Of a stretch of 21,228 nt of DNA, positions 1 through 7,968 are shown in pieces (the first letter of the stretch is position 1; each line of letters opens with the position of its first letter). Made by a program: the position numbers and the translations under genes. The stretch covers positions 1 to 21,228 of the forward strand of contig CAYHRR010000008.1 in assembly GCA_964358875.1 (NCBI GenBank), in the 5' to 3' direction. The stretch comes from an uncultured Planctomycetaceae bacterium (lineage in GTDB: Bacteria; Planctomycetota; UBA1135; GCA-002686595). A model generated the notes under the pieces. It searched no databases. It was not told the origin of the DNA and was given only the letters and a program-made list of their open reading frames with translations.

Positions 1-3000
1 CCGAGTTTGCCGCGAGCGACGTGAACATCGAACTGCGTTTTGCGGGCGGCGCGCGTGCGGCGCTCGACGGTGGGACGATTCAGGGCGAGAGCAACGGTGA
101 CGGAACGCGGATCGCGCTCGTCGCCGAGCACGTGTCGTTGCCGCGTGAGTGGCCGACCAGCGCACATGAAATCGCCGGACGCGCCGAGTTGCGCTACGCG
201 AACGGTGTCGTCGAGGTGAACGCGCTCGACGTCACGGGCGACGTCGCCGTCGGTTTCTCGAACGGTCGCGTCGACCTCACCAAGCTCGCGTCGGGCGAGT
301 TGAACTTCGCTACCGATCTCACGGCCTTCGGAGGCCGCGCGCAGGTTCGAGGCAGCATCGCGCGCGGGTCGTTCGAAGCGAGCTACGTGACCGACGACGT
401 CGAACTCGAAGCGTTGCTCGCTTTCGCCGCGCCCGCACTGCACGAAGCGCCGCAAGGTCGCGCGACGATCGCCGGCGAAGTGCTCGTGGTCGACGGCCGC
501 CCGGCGGTGAGCGCGCGCGGCGTCGTCGTCGACGCGTGCGTGCTCGGTCGCGACATCGACCGTCTCGAAGCCGATGCCGCGTGGCGTCCGGGCTTGGTCG
601 AGATCGCCGTGTTGGAAGCGCGCCGCGAGGAAAATCGCGTCGTCGCGCGCTCGGTCAGCGTTCCGCTCGGACGCGCGACGTGGCTCGACACGCTGCGGGC
701 CTCGCGCGGCGACGTCGAGGTCGAGTTGTACGACTTGCCGACCTTGTTCGATCTGCCGCGAGAGCGCGTGCCGCTGCACCGCCTGCAATTGAGCGGCACG
801 TTGACCGACGACGGCATCGCGCTTTCGGGCGGGCGCTTGGCGACGCGCAACGGGCAATTCGCGCTGCAGACCGGGCGCATCACCTGGAGCGCGCTCGACG
901 AGCCGCTGCTCGCGAGTTCGCGCTTCGAAGCGGATCTGACGGCGGGCTTCGACGACCTGTCCGATCTCGGCCCGATCCTCGGCACTGCGCGTTGGTCGGG
1001 CTCCTTGCGCGGCTTCTTGCACGTGACGGGCACGCTCGGCAAGCCCGTCGGCACGCTCGATCTCGCCGGACGCGATCTCGTCGTCGCAGGCTTCGAAGTC
1101 GGCGAACTCACGGCGCTCGCGCGCGTCGACGGCACGCGCTTGGTGGTGCAGACCGTCGAAGCGAGCGGTGCTCTCGGCGAGCTGAAGCTCACCGGGGAAT
1201 ACGACTTGGTGGAGCAACGGGTCGAGCACGCGCGCTGGACCGCCGGCACGCAACGGCTCGCCCTATGGCTGCCCCGTTTCGTGCGCAGCGGCGCGCTTGA
1301 AATCAACGCTGAGATCAGCGGACCGCTCAGCGCACCAAGCGGCACGTTCGAGGCCGGCGCGAGCGAGCTCACGTTCGTCGAAGGCCCGCCGCTGACCGAA
1401 CTGCGCGTCGTCGGTGCGCACGAAGGCAGCCAACTGCGGGTCGAGCGTTTCTCGGCGAAGGTCGCCGGGGTCGCGATCGAGGCGCGCGGTGCGGTGCAAC
1501 ACACGCGTTGGGCGCTGCCGCTTTCGATCGAAATCGCAGCGGCCGAGATCGCGCGCGACCACATCGCGCTGTCGCTCGCGCAACCCGCCTTCGTCACCGT
1601 CACTGCGGAAGGAATCGCAGCGCCCGATGTCGAGCTCGACGGAACCGCCGGGCGCTTGCGAGCGTTCTTGCGCACGAGCGGCTCCGACGTGTTCGCGCGC
1701 TTCCAAAGCGACGAGCTCGCGCCGATGACCGTGCTAGCGCCATGGTTGCCCGCCGGTTTCGACGTGCAGCGCATTGCAGGCACGGCGGAGGTGTCGCGCA
1801 GCTCCGGTGCGTGGAGTGCAAGCGCCGACGTGCAGCTCAGCGCCGTGCACATCGCGCCCGAGTGGCCCGCGTTCGACGCGACGCTGCGCGCCGATGTCGG
1901 CGACGGACGCGCACACATCGAAGCGCTCGAAGTGAGCACGAAACGCGGGACGCTGCTGACCGTGAGCGGCGTCGTGCCCTTCGAATTCGCGGAGCCTCTG
2001 CGCCGGCCGCGCGGTGTGTTCGAGACGCGCGCGACGCTGACGATCGCCGACGCCGACGAGGTGCCGTGGCAGGCCCTCGGCCTCGACGGAACGTGCGCGG
2101 GCGCGTTGAGTGCGACGGCCGAGGTCGGCGGTGTGTGGCCCGAGCTCCATGGCACGCTCGCGCTGCAAGGCGAGAACCTGAGCGTGATCCCCGACGATCG
2201 ACGCTCGACCTTGGCGATCGACGCGCCGCCGTCGGGCGCGCTCGACGCACGCCTGGTGCTCGACGACGGTTTGCGGATCGAGCGCTGCGCGTTGCGCGCC
2301 GGCGACGATCTCGACCTCGAACTCGCGGGCACTTGCCTCGATGCGGCGGACACGCGCGCGCTGCTCGACGGCCGGTCGAATGCGTGGCGCGAGTTCACGC
2401 TCGCGCTCACCGGTCGTTGGAGTGCGAGCGACGTCGGTTTCCTCGCCGCGTTCGTGCCCGCGGTGCGCCGCGTTTCCGGCGCATCGGACGGCGAATTCGC
2501 GTTGAACGGGACTTGGGGCGCGCCGCGCGGCAGCGGATCGGTGCGGCTCCATCGCGGCGAACTGCGCCTGCAACAGGGCTTGCCGCCGTTCCAGGAACTC
2601 GAAGGCAGCGCGCGTTTCGACGGCACGCGCTTGAGCATCGAGCGTGCCACCGGCGAACTCGGCGCGGGTCCGTTCGAAGTGCGCGGTGCGATCGATTTCG
2701 CCGAGCGCGAGCCGCGTTTCGATTTGGCCTTGTCGGGCAGCGAGTTGTTGCTCGTGCAACAACGGGACTTCCGCGTTCGCGCCGACGCGGAGCTGACTCT
2801 GCGCGGTCCGCTCTCCGCGTTGGAACTCAGCGGATCGCTCGACACGCGCGAAAGCCGCTGGACGCGCAACGTCGATTGGTTCGTGCCGCGCGGGCGACGC
2901 GGCGCGCGCGCAGGAAGCTCGAGCACGCTGTTCTCCATCGTCGAAGGTCCGCTCGCAACGCTGCGTTTCGACATCGCCGTGCGCGCTGCGGAAGCGCTGC

Positions 3001-3623
3001 GCATCGACACCAACATCGCGCGCGGCGCCTTGCGACCGGACCTGCGTTTGCGCGGAACCGGAGCGGCGCCGCAACTGTCCGGCGCCTTGTTCGTCGATCC
3101 GACGCGCGTGTACTTGCCGGCGAGCACGCTCGAGCTGCGCGGCGGTTCGTTGACCATCGACCGACGCCATCCGCTCGATCCCGGGCTCGATCTCGCCTTG
3201 ACCACGCGTGTGCGCGGCTACGAAGTGCAAGCGCGCGTCGGCGGCACATATGAGGAGCCCGAGCTCGAGCTCTCCTCGACGCCGCCGCTGCCGGCCGAAG
3301 ATCTGTTGTTGCTGTTGCTAGCGGGGCGCGCGCCGGGCACTTCGCTGACCGGCGACAGCGGAGCGCAGGCTGCGGAAACCGTCATCGTCTACCTGGGCAA
3401 GGACCTCGTGACGCGCTGGTTCGGCGGCGATTCGTCGTTGCTCGAGCGCTTCGAGTGGCAGGTCGGCGCGGACGTCACCCAGGCCGGCGGCTCGACCGAG
3501 CAAGTGCAGATTCGCTTGTCGGGCGAGAACAACGGCACCGGTCGCGCGCTGTACCTGCGCGGCGAGAAGGACGTGTACGAGCGCATCAACTACGGCGTGC
3601 GTTTCGTGCTGAGGTTGCGATGA
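1..3623 (+). CDS. TamB-like translocation and assembly module protein (DUF490/AsmA-like); 5' end probably lies outside the window
   Basis: The frame stays open from base 3 to the stop at 3621-3623, and the first GTG is at 21. The 1200-aa product is long, repetitive and beta-rich (recurring G-x-L / LSG / ARV motifs). It ends with ...LYLRGEKDVYERINYGVRFVLRLR, which is typical of the TamB DUF490 C-terminus. It is immediately followed by, and overlaps ATGA with, an Omp85 gene. Confidence 0.75.
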   Translation, partial: EFAASDVNIELRFAGGARAALDGGTIQGESNGDGTRIALVAEHVSLPREWPTSAHEIAGRAELRYANGVVEVNALDVTGDVAVGFSNGRVDLTKLASGELNFATDLTAFGGRAQVRGSIARGSFEASYVTDDVELEALLAFAAPALHEAPQGRATIAGEVLVVDGRPAVSARGVVVDACVLGRDIDRLEADAAWRPGLVEIAVLEARREENRVVARSVSVPLGRATWLDTLRASRGDVEVELYDLPTLFDLPRERVPLHRLQLSGTLTDDGIALSGGRLATRNGQFALQTGRITWSALDEPLLASSRFEADLTAGFDDLSDLGPILGTARWSGSLRGFLHVTGTLGKPVGTLDLAGRDLVVAGFEVGELTALARVDGTRLVVQTVEASGALGELKLTGEYDLVEQRVEHARWTAGTQRLALWLPRFVRSGALEINAEISGPLSAPSGTFEAGASELTFVEGPPLTELRVVGAHEGSQLRVERFSAKVAGVAIEARGAVQHTRWALPLSIEIAAAEIARDHIALSLAQPAFVTVTAEGIAAPDVELDGTAGRLRAFLRTSGSDVFARFQSDELAPMTVLAPWLPAGFDVQRIAGTAEVSRSSGAWSASADVQLSAVHIAPEWPAFDATLRADVGDGRAHIEALEVSTKRGTLLTVSGVVPFEFAEPLRRPRGVFETRATLTIADADEVPWQALGLDGTCAGALSATAEVGGVWPELHGTLALQGENLSVIPDDRRSTLAIDAPPSGALDARLVLDDGLRIERCALRAGDDLDLELAGTCLDAADTRALLDGRSNAWREFTLALTGRWSASDVGFLAAFVPAVRRVSGASDGEFALNGTWGAPRGSGSVRLHRGELRLQQGLPPFQELEGSARFDGTRLSIERATGELGAGPFEVRGAIDFAEREPRFDLALSGSELLLVQQRDFRVRADAELTLRGPLSALELSGSLDTRESRWTRNVDWFVPRGRRGARAGSSSTLFSIVEGPLATLRFDIAVRAAEALRIDTNIARGALRPDLRLRGTGAAPQLSGALFVDPTRVYLPASTLELRGGSLTIDRRHPLDPGLDLALTTRVRGYEVQARVGGTYEEPELELSSTPPLPAEDLLLLLLAGRAPGTSLTGDSGAQAAETVIVYLGKDLVTRWFGGDSSLLERFEWQVGADVTQAGGSTEQVQIRLSGENNGTGRALYLRGEKDVYERINYGVRFVLRLR

Positions 3624-5638
3624 AGCGTGCGCTGTCGGTTCTGCTCGCACTCGCCGCCTGCCGCGCGAATCCGCCGGCTCAATCCGGCGCGCAGGGCCCG
3701 CGTCGCGAGCTCGAATTCCTCGGCGCGAGTCGCTTCCCGCTGCACGAACTCGAGGCTGCGGTCGACACCGACCTCGGCGAAGTCGCCGACCGCAAGTCGC
3801 CGAAGTCCGCCGTCGACGACGCGGCCTACGCGTTGGTCGAGTTCTATCGCGCACGCGGCTTTCCCGACTGCACGGTCGAGTACGAGCTCGTCGAAGTGAC
3901 GCCCGCGCACCTGCGCGCGCGCTTCACGATCGTCGAGGGCGTGCAAACGCTGCTGGCCGGAATCGAGCTCGTCGGCAACGCGCGCTTCGATCGCGCGGAG
4001 TTGCTCGCCGCAGCCGGTTTCTCCGACGAGCCGCGCCCGTACGTCGAAAGCGAGCTCGCGCATGTCGCCGATGCGCTTGCCGCGCACTACTTGTCGAAGG
4101 GCTACCTCGACGTGCGCGTCACGGAGCCGCAGGTCGAACTCGACGACTCGCACGAGCACGCGCGCGCGACGATTCGTGTCGAGGAAGGCGCGTGCTACCG
4201 CCTCGCGGCGGCGCCGCGTGTCGAAGGCGGAGTGCCGGCGATCGATGCCGCTGTCGACACGAGTGACCGCATCGGCAAAGCGCTCGCGCCGCGCACGCTC
4301 GTCGACCTGCGCGGTCGCGTCGAGGAGCTCTATCAACAACGCGGCTATCCGGAGGTCACCGTCGACGCGTTGCCGCCGACGCTCGATGAGAAGGGCGGCG
4401 CGCAGTTGACGTTCCGTGTCGTGCCCGGCGAACGCGTCGTGATTTCCGAGCTGAACGTCGTCGGCAACGCCAAGACGCGCACGGCGGCCGTGCTCGCGCA
4501 CGTGAAGTTGGCGAAGGGCGACGTCTACGACGTGCGCGCCGTGCGCGAGAGTTTCCGCGAGCTGTACCGCACCGGGTTGTTCTCGCGCGTGCGCCTCGAC
4601 GTCGACACGGCCGGCGGCTCGCTCCGACCGCTGCGCATCGAGGTCGAGGAGGCGCCGTCGACGGAGTTGTTCGTCGAGCCCGGCCTCGGCTCCTACGAAG
4701 GCCCGCGTTTTCTCGTCGGCTGGCGCGAGCACAATTTGCTGGGCACCGCGCGTTCGCTGCAACTCGAAGGCCTGATGGCGCAGCGCACGCAGCGCGCGAT
4801 CGTCGGCGTCAGCGATCCGCGTCTGTTCGATTCCGAGTTCCTGGCCAGCCTGTCGGTGTTCGGCGAGGTGCGCGACGAGCCTTCGTTCGACAGCGACGAA
4901 CGCGGCGCGGCCTTGGCGTTTTCGCGCGAGTTCACGCCGCGTTTGCGCGTCACGGGCGAGTACCGCTTTCGCCGCTCGGAGATCAGCAACGTGGACATCA
5001 CCGATCCGCTCGCCGTCGCGGAGCTCAACGACGTCGACTTGTCCTCGCTCGGCGTCAGCGCGTCGTGGGATTCGCGCGACAGCGTGTTCGTGCCCAGCCG
5101 CGGCATGTTGCTCAAGGCCTCCTTCGAGTACGCCGACTCGGCGCTCGGCTCGGAACTCGAATTCGTGCGCGGCAAGGGCACGCTCGCGCGCTTCGTCGAG
5201 CTCGCCGACGGACGCGTGTTCGCCATGTCGTGGCGCGCGGGCGCGATCACACCGTTCGATTCCACGTCGACGATTCCGGTGCAGGAGCGTTTCTTCAACG
5301 GCGGCGAGAACACGGTGCGTTCGTTCGGTGAGGACGAGCTCGGGCCGCGCGACTCGAACGGCAACGCGCTCGGCGGTCAGTCCTTCCACGTGCTCAGCGC
5401 GGAAATGCGTCAACGCTTGAGCGGTGCGCTCGAAGGCGCGTTGTTCGTCGACGCCGGCAACTTGGAGCCAGATGCGAGCGACTTGCTCGCGTTCGAGCAC
5501 TTCCGCTACGCGCTCGGGGTCGGTGTGCGCTACGTGCTGCCGATCGGGCCCGTGCGCCTGGACTTCGGCTGGAATCCCGACCAGCACAGCGGCGAGAGCG
5601 CCTACGCGGCACATTTTTCCGTCGGCATGAGCTTCTAG
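3620..5638 (+). CDS. Omp85-family outer membrane protein (TamA/BamA-like) with POTRA repeats and a C-terminal beta-barrel
   Basis: The start ATG at 3620 overlaps the TamB stop (ATGA), with a GAGGT Shine-Dalgarno 5-6 nt upstream. The N-terminus MKRALSVLLALAACRANP is a signal or lipobox-like peptide. Repeated POTRA-like segments (e.g. VVISELNVVGNAKTR..., GIELVGNARFD) are present. The C-terminus ...HFSVGMSF ends in an aromatic residue, the classical Omp85 beta-signal. The ORF-track start at 3455 is an upstream in-frame extension. Confidence 0.85.
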   Translation: MKRALSVLLALAACRANPPAQSGAQGPRRELEFLGASRFPLHELEAAVDTDLGEVADRKSPKSAVDDAAYALVEFYRARGFPDCTVEYELVEVTPAHLRARFTIVEGVQTLLAGIELVGNARFDRAELLAAAGFSDEPRPYVESELAHVADALAAHYLSKGYLDVRVTEPQVELDDSHEHARATIRVEEGACYRLAAAPRVEGGVPAIDAAVDTSDRIGKALAPRTLVDLRGRVEELYQQRGYPEVTVDALPPTLDEKGGAQLTFRVVPGERVVISELNVVGNAKTRTAAVLAHVKLAKGDVYDVRAVRESFRELYRTGLFSRVRLDVDTAGGSLRPLRIEVEEAPSTELFVEPGLGSYEGPRFLVGWREHNLLGTARSLQLEGLMAQRTQRAIVGVSDPRLFDSEFLASLSVFGEVRDEPSFDSDERGAALAFSREFTPRLRVTGEYRFRRSEISNVDITDPLAVAELNDVDLSSLGVSASWDSRDSVFVPSRGMLLKASFEYADSALGSELEFVRGKGTLARFVELADGRVFAMSWRAGAITPFDSTSTIPVQERFFNGGENTVRSFGEDELGPRDSNGNALGGQSFHVLSAEMRQRLSGALEGALFVDAGNLEPDASDLLAFEHFRYALGVGVRYVLPIGPVRLDFGWNPDQHSGESAYAAHFSVGMSF

Positions 5639-5640
5639 CA

Positions 5641-5808
5641 GCCCGTTGAAACAGCCCCTACTACGACAGAGCGTGGAGCGGCGATCCTGCGTCGCGCTAG
5701 GAAAGTGGTGCTCAGCGGCCAGGAAGGCCGCCTCTGCTCCGCTTTCCGTCGCGCTCCTTGTCTCGCCGCACCACGCTCTGTCTCGCGACGGGGCTTCTTC
5801 AACGGACT
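5641..5808. repeat. Long imperfect inverted repeat (~38-bp outer arms around a ~90-bp core that has nested inner palindromes) just downstream of the Omp85 stop
   Basis: The left arm is agcccgttgaaacagcccctactacgacagagcgtgg (5641-5678). The reverse complement of the right arm (5771-5808) is agtccgttgaagaagccccgtcgcgagacagagcgtgg. This includes a perfect 12-bp core gacagagcgtgg / ccacgctctgtc. The inner part contains ggaaagtgg...ccgctttcc and gcggcc-aggaa-ggccgc hairpins. Confidence 0.5.
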
Positions 5809-5872
5809 GCTAGCGCGGACGCGGCGCGCACGGCGTCGCGCGCTCGATCAAGTGCGCCGCTGCGGGCCGTCG

Positions 5873-6496
5873 ATGCGCGCAGGCATGCGCTCGCACCCCG
5901 GCACCGGTTGGTTCGTCGCGCTCGTCGTCACCACGTTGCTCGTCGTCGGTTGGCCGCGCGTCGACCACGAGACGCGCGCGGCGCGGCAGAGCGAATGGTG
6001 GCCACCAGCGGCGGGCGGCGTCGACAACGAGACACGCGCTGCGCGCCAGAGCGAATGGTGGCAGCCCGAGTCTGGCGGCTTCGCGTTGCGCGTGCCGAAC
6101 GGTTGGAAGGTGGTCGCGTCGGGCGACCAATCGATGTTGATACGTGAGTGCGGCGGCGTGTTCGCCGGCAAGGTCGGCGCGGTCAGCAGGCCTGATGCTT
6201 CGCGCGTGCGTGACTGCAGCGGTGTCGAGGCGATCGTCGATGCGCTGAGCCGCGGCGGTTCCTACCACCCGCTACGCAGCCAACGACTCGTGTTCGGCGG
6301 TTGCCCAGTCCTGCGCGTGGATTGGGAAAGCAGATCCCTAGGGCCGAGCCACCCGCAGCGCGGCATCGATCTGTTCTGCGACCGCGGTGCGGCGCGTTTG
6401 TCGATGCAGTTCGCGGCCGATGTCGCCGAGTGGCCGCACGTCGAGCGCGAGTTCGAGGCGATGATCCAAGGCTTGGCGATCGAACCGGTGGATTGA
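5873..6496 (+). CDS. Hypothetical membrane-anchored or secreted protein with an internal 20-aa tandem repeat
   Basis: The in-frame ATG at 5873 gives MRAGMRSHPGTGWFVALVVTTLLVVGWP, a TM or signal anchor. The track ORF starts earlier at 5705. The repeats VDHETRAARQSEWWPPAAGG and VDNETRAARQSEWWQPESGG are followed by a globular region (ALRVPNGWKVV...). GC3 is high in this frame. Confidence 0.45.
   Translation: MRAGMRSHPGTGWFVALVVTTLLVVGWPRVDHETRAARQSEWWPPAAGGVDNETRAARQSEWWQPESGGFALRVPNGWKVVASGDQSMLIRECGGVFAGKVGAVSRPDASRVRDCSGVEAIVDALSRGGSYHPLRSQRLVFGGCPVLRVDWESRSLGPSHPQRGIDLFCDRGAARLSMQFAADVAEWPHVEREFEAMIQGLAIEPVD
5961..6062 (+). repeat. Two 42-bp direct repeats (38/42 identical) with a 60-bp period inside the CDS
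   Basis: The copies are tcgaccacgagacgcgcgcggcgcggcagagcgaatggtggc (5961-6002) and tcgacaacgagacacgcgctgcgcgccagagcgaatggtggc (6021-6062). Confidence 0.8.
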
Positions 6497-6518
6497 GACA
6501 CGCGTTGGCGCCCGTGTA

Positions 6519-7163
6519 CTACTTCGTCGAGCTGAGCCAGTACACGCCGACGCCGATCGCTAGCGCGGAAGTCGCGCCGCACAACTTGCGCTGGAACGGC
6601 ACGCGTGAGGAATCGGCGCGTTGCGCGACCCAACCGACGCCCGACGCGAAGGCCGCCATCGCCGCGATCGTGCCGAGCGCGAAACCACCGAGATAGACGA
6701 GCGCAGCGACGCGCGTCGATTGCGCGACGGCCGGCAGCACGCCGAGCAAGTGCGACGAACCTGCGAGGCCGTGCAGCGTCCCCACGGCGAAGGCCGCGTG
6801 CGCGTGCGCCGCAGGTCGCGCTTCGACGCCCGTTCCCATCAAGCGATAGAAACCCCACGCGCCCAGGCCGATCAGCACCAGACCGACGAGTCGCTCGCTC
6901 GCGCTCGACAAGGCGTCGATGGGCAGCACATCGCGCAGGAACAAGGCCGCGAGCGCGACGAGCAGCACTCCGCCCGAATGCCCCAGGCCCCAACGCAATC
7001 CGATGCGCCACGCGCGCGCGCCGCCGATGTTCGCCTGCGGCGTGAAGATGTTCGCCTTCGGCGTGATGCTCGCCAGCGGCGCGATCGCCGCAAGGTGGTC
7101 GGGGCCCGACAACACATGCAACGCGCCGAGCGCTGTGCCGAGGAAGAAGGGCGTCGAGTCCAT
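6519..7163 (-). CDS. HupE/UreJ-family putative Ni/Co transporter (6-TM permease)
   Basis: The N-terminal motif GALHVLSGPDHLAAIAPL matches the HupE/UreJ signature HPxxGxDHLLAM. A second His-rich motif HGLAGSSHLLG sits in the C-terminal half. The 214-aa product is very hydrophobic with about 6 predicted helices. Confidence 0.55.
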   Translation of the reverse strand: MDSTPFFLGTALGALHVLSGPDHLAAIAPLASITPKANIFTPQANIGGARAWRIGLRWGLGHSGGVLLVALAALFLRDVLPIDALSSASERLVGLVLIGLGAWGFYRLMGTGVEARPAAHAHAAFAVGTLHGLAGSSHLLGVLPAVAQSTRVAALVYLGGFALGTIAAMAAFASGVGWVAQRADSSRVPFQRKLCGATSALAIGVGVYWLSSTK

Positions 7164-7200
7164 CGAGTGCGTCGAAGGGTAGCGCGCTCAGGCGCATACC

Positions 7201-7256
7201 ACAGTGATCGCTCGCGTCGACGCACGCGATCGAGCCGGTGGTGTCGCGCGAGTGCA
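7201..7256 (-). repeat. Duplicated remnant of the fabI 3' end (copy A), 46/52 identical to 7984-8035
   Basis: Copy A gtgatcgctcgcgtcgacgcacgcgatcgagccggtggtgtcgcgcgagtgc (7205-7256) matches copy B gtgatagcccgcgtcgacgtacacgatcgagccggtgatgccgcgcgagtgc (7984-8035). On the minus strand it would encode ...TGSIACVDASDHCGM, compared with the FabI C-terminus ...TGSIVYVDAGYHVMGV. Confidence 0.75.
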
Positions 7257-7312
7257 TGGTCGGGCACTGCGGCGCGACGGCGCACCGGCGGCAGGTTGAG
7301 GTCAGGTCCGGC

Positions 7313-7717
7313 TCACGACTCGCGACCGATCGGCAGTCGCCGAATTCGATGCCGCGCGTCCTCTACCGTGACGATCCAACCGGGCCCGGGCTCGTCGACG
7401 CAGTCCGCCAGCACCGCGTCGAGATGTCGAATCACCGACGTAGCCGTCGCATCGCTGATCCGCAACGAAACCACGCGCACATCGGCGCGGCGCGACAACG
7501 CAGTGATCTCGGAGAAGTCGAGGTCGAACGTCACGATCGTTCGATCCTCAGCGATGCCCTTGGCGAAGATCTCGCGGTCCGGCAGTCGCGACAGACCTTG
7601 CTCGCGCAGATGAACCGCATCGTGACCCTGTTCACGCATCCAAACGGCCACGCGTACGTCGACGCCCATGTCGAGGAGAAAGGGCACGGATCGATCAAGA
7701 AGCGCGCACGCGCTCAC
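7313..7717 (-). CDS. DUF5615-family PIN-like putative toxin nuclease
   Basis: The sequence VPFLLDMGVDVRVAVWMREQGHDAVHLREQGL...TIVTFDLDF matches the DUF5615 pattern (xFLLDENL...RxxGHDAxHV...ILVTxDKDF). It overlaps the 3' end of the upstream DUF433 gene. The true start may instead be the GTG at 7687 (VPFLLD). Confidence 0.8.
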   Translation of the reverse strand: MSACALLDRSVPFLLDMGVDVRVAVWMREQGHDAVHLREQGLSRLPDREIFAKGIAEDRTIVTFDLDFSEITALSRRADVRVVSLRISDATATSVIRHLDAVLADCVDEPGPGWIVTVEDARHRIRRLPIGRES

Positions 7718-7913
7718 GCGTCAGCCAAGCGGCGTACTCGAGCGCTTCCTGAATGTCCGCGCGTTCCAAGTCGGGGTAGCTCGCCAGGATCTCGTCGAAG
7801 CTCGCGGCGTGTGCGATCTGGCTCACGATCACCGACACGGGGATGCGCATGCCGCGGATGCAGGCACGGCCGCCCATGATCTCGCTGTCGAAGGTGATGC
7901 GTTCGAAGTTCAT
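7695..7913 (-). CDS. DUF433-family putative antitoxin
   Basis: The 72-aa product MNFERITFDSEIMGGRACIRGMRIPVSVIVSQIAHAASFDEILASYPDLERADIQEALEYAA is a near-textbook DUF433 sequence (ITxDPxxxxGKPCIRGTRIxV...ILxxYPxLxxEDIxAALxYA). Confidence 0.85.
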   Translation of the reverse strand: MNFERITFDSEIMGGRACIRGMRIPVSVIVSQIAHAASFDEILASYPDLERADIQEALEYAAWLTRERVRAS

Positions 7914-7968
7914 CGCGTAGCTCGAGCGGCCGTGAGGATACCCGACGAACGAAAATCAGGGCGCGCGG

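Noticed and set aside
383-3205. 940-aa minus-strand ORF antisense to the TamB-like gene, and the other long antisense ORFs (3590-5614, 9360-11381, 12308-13825, 13083-15632, 16495-18123, 18537-19427, 19575-20312)
   Set aside because: These are open antisense frames typical of a 70% GC genome. Their products are Arg/Ala/Ser-rich low-complexity sequences with no motifs, they overlap motif-supported genes on the other strand, and several span boundaries of tightly packed plus-strand genes.
3455-3619. N-terminal extension of the Omp85 ORF (track start 3455)
   Set aside because: It overlaps the TamB C-terminus in another frame. The ATG at 3620, with a Shine-Dalgarno and a signal peptide, is the credible start.
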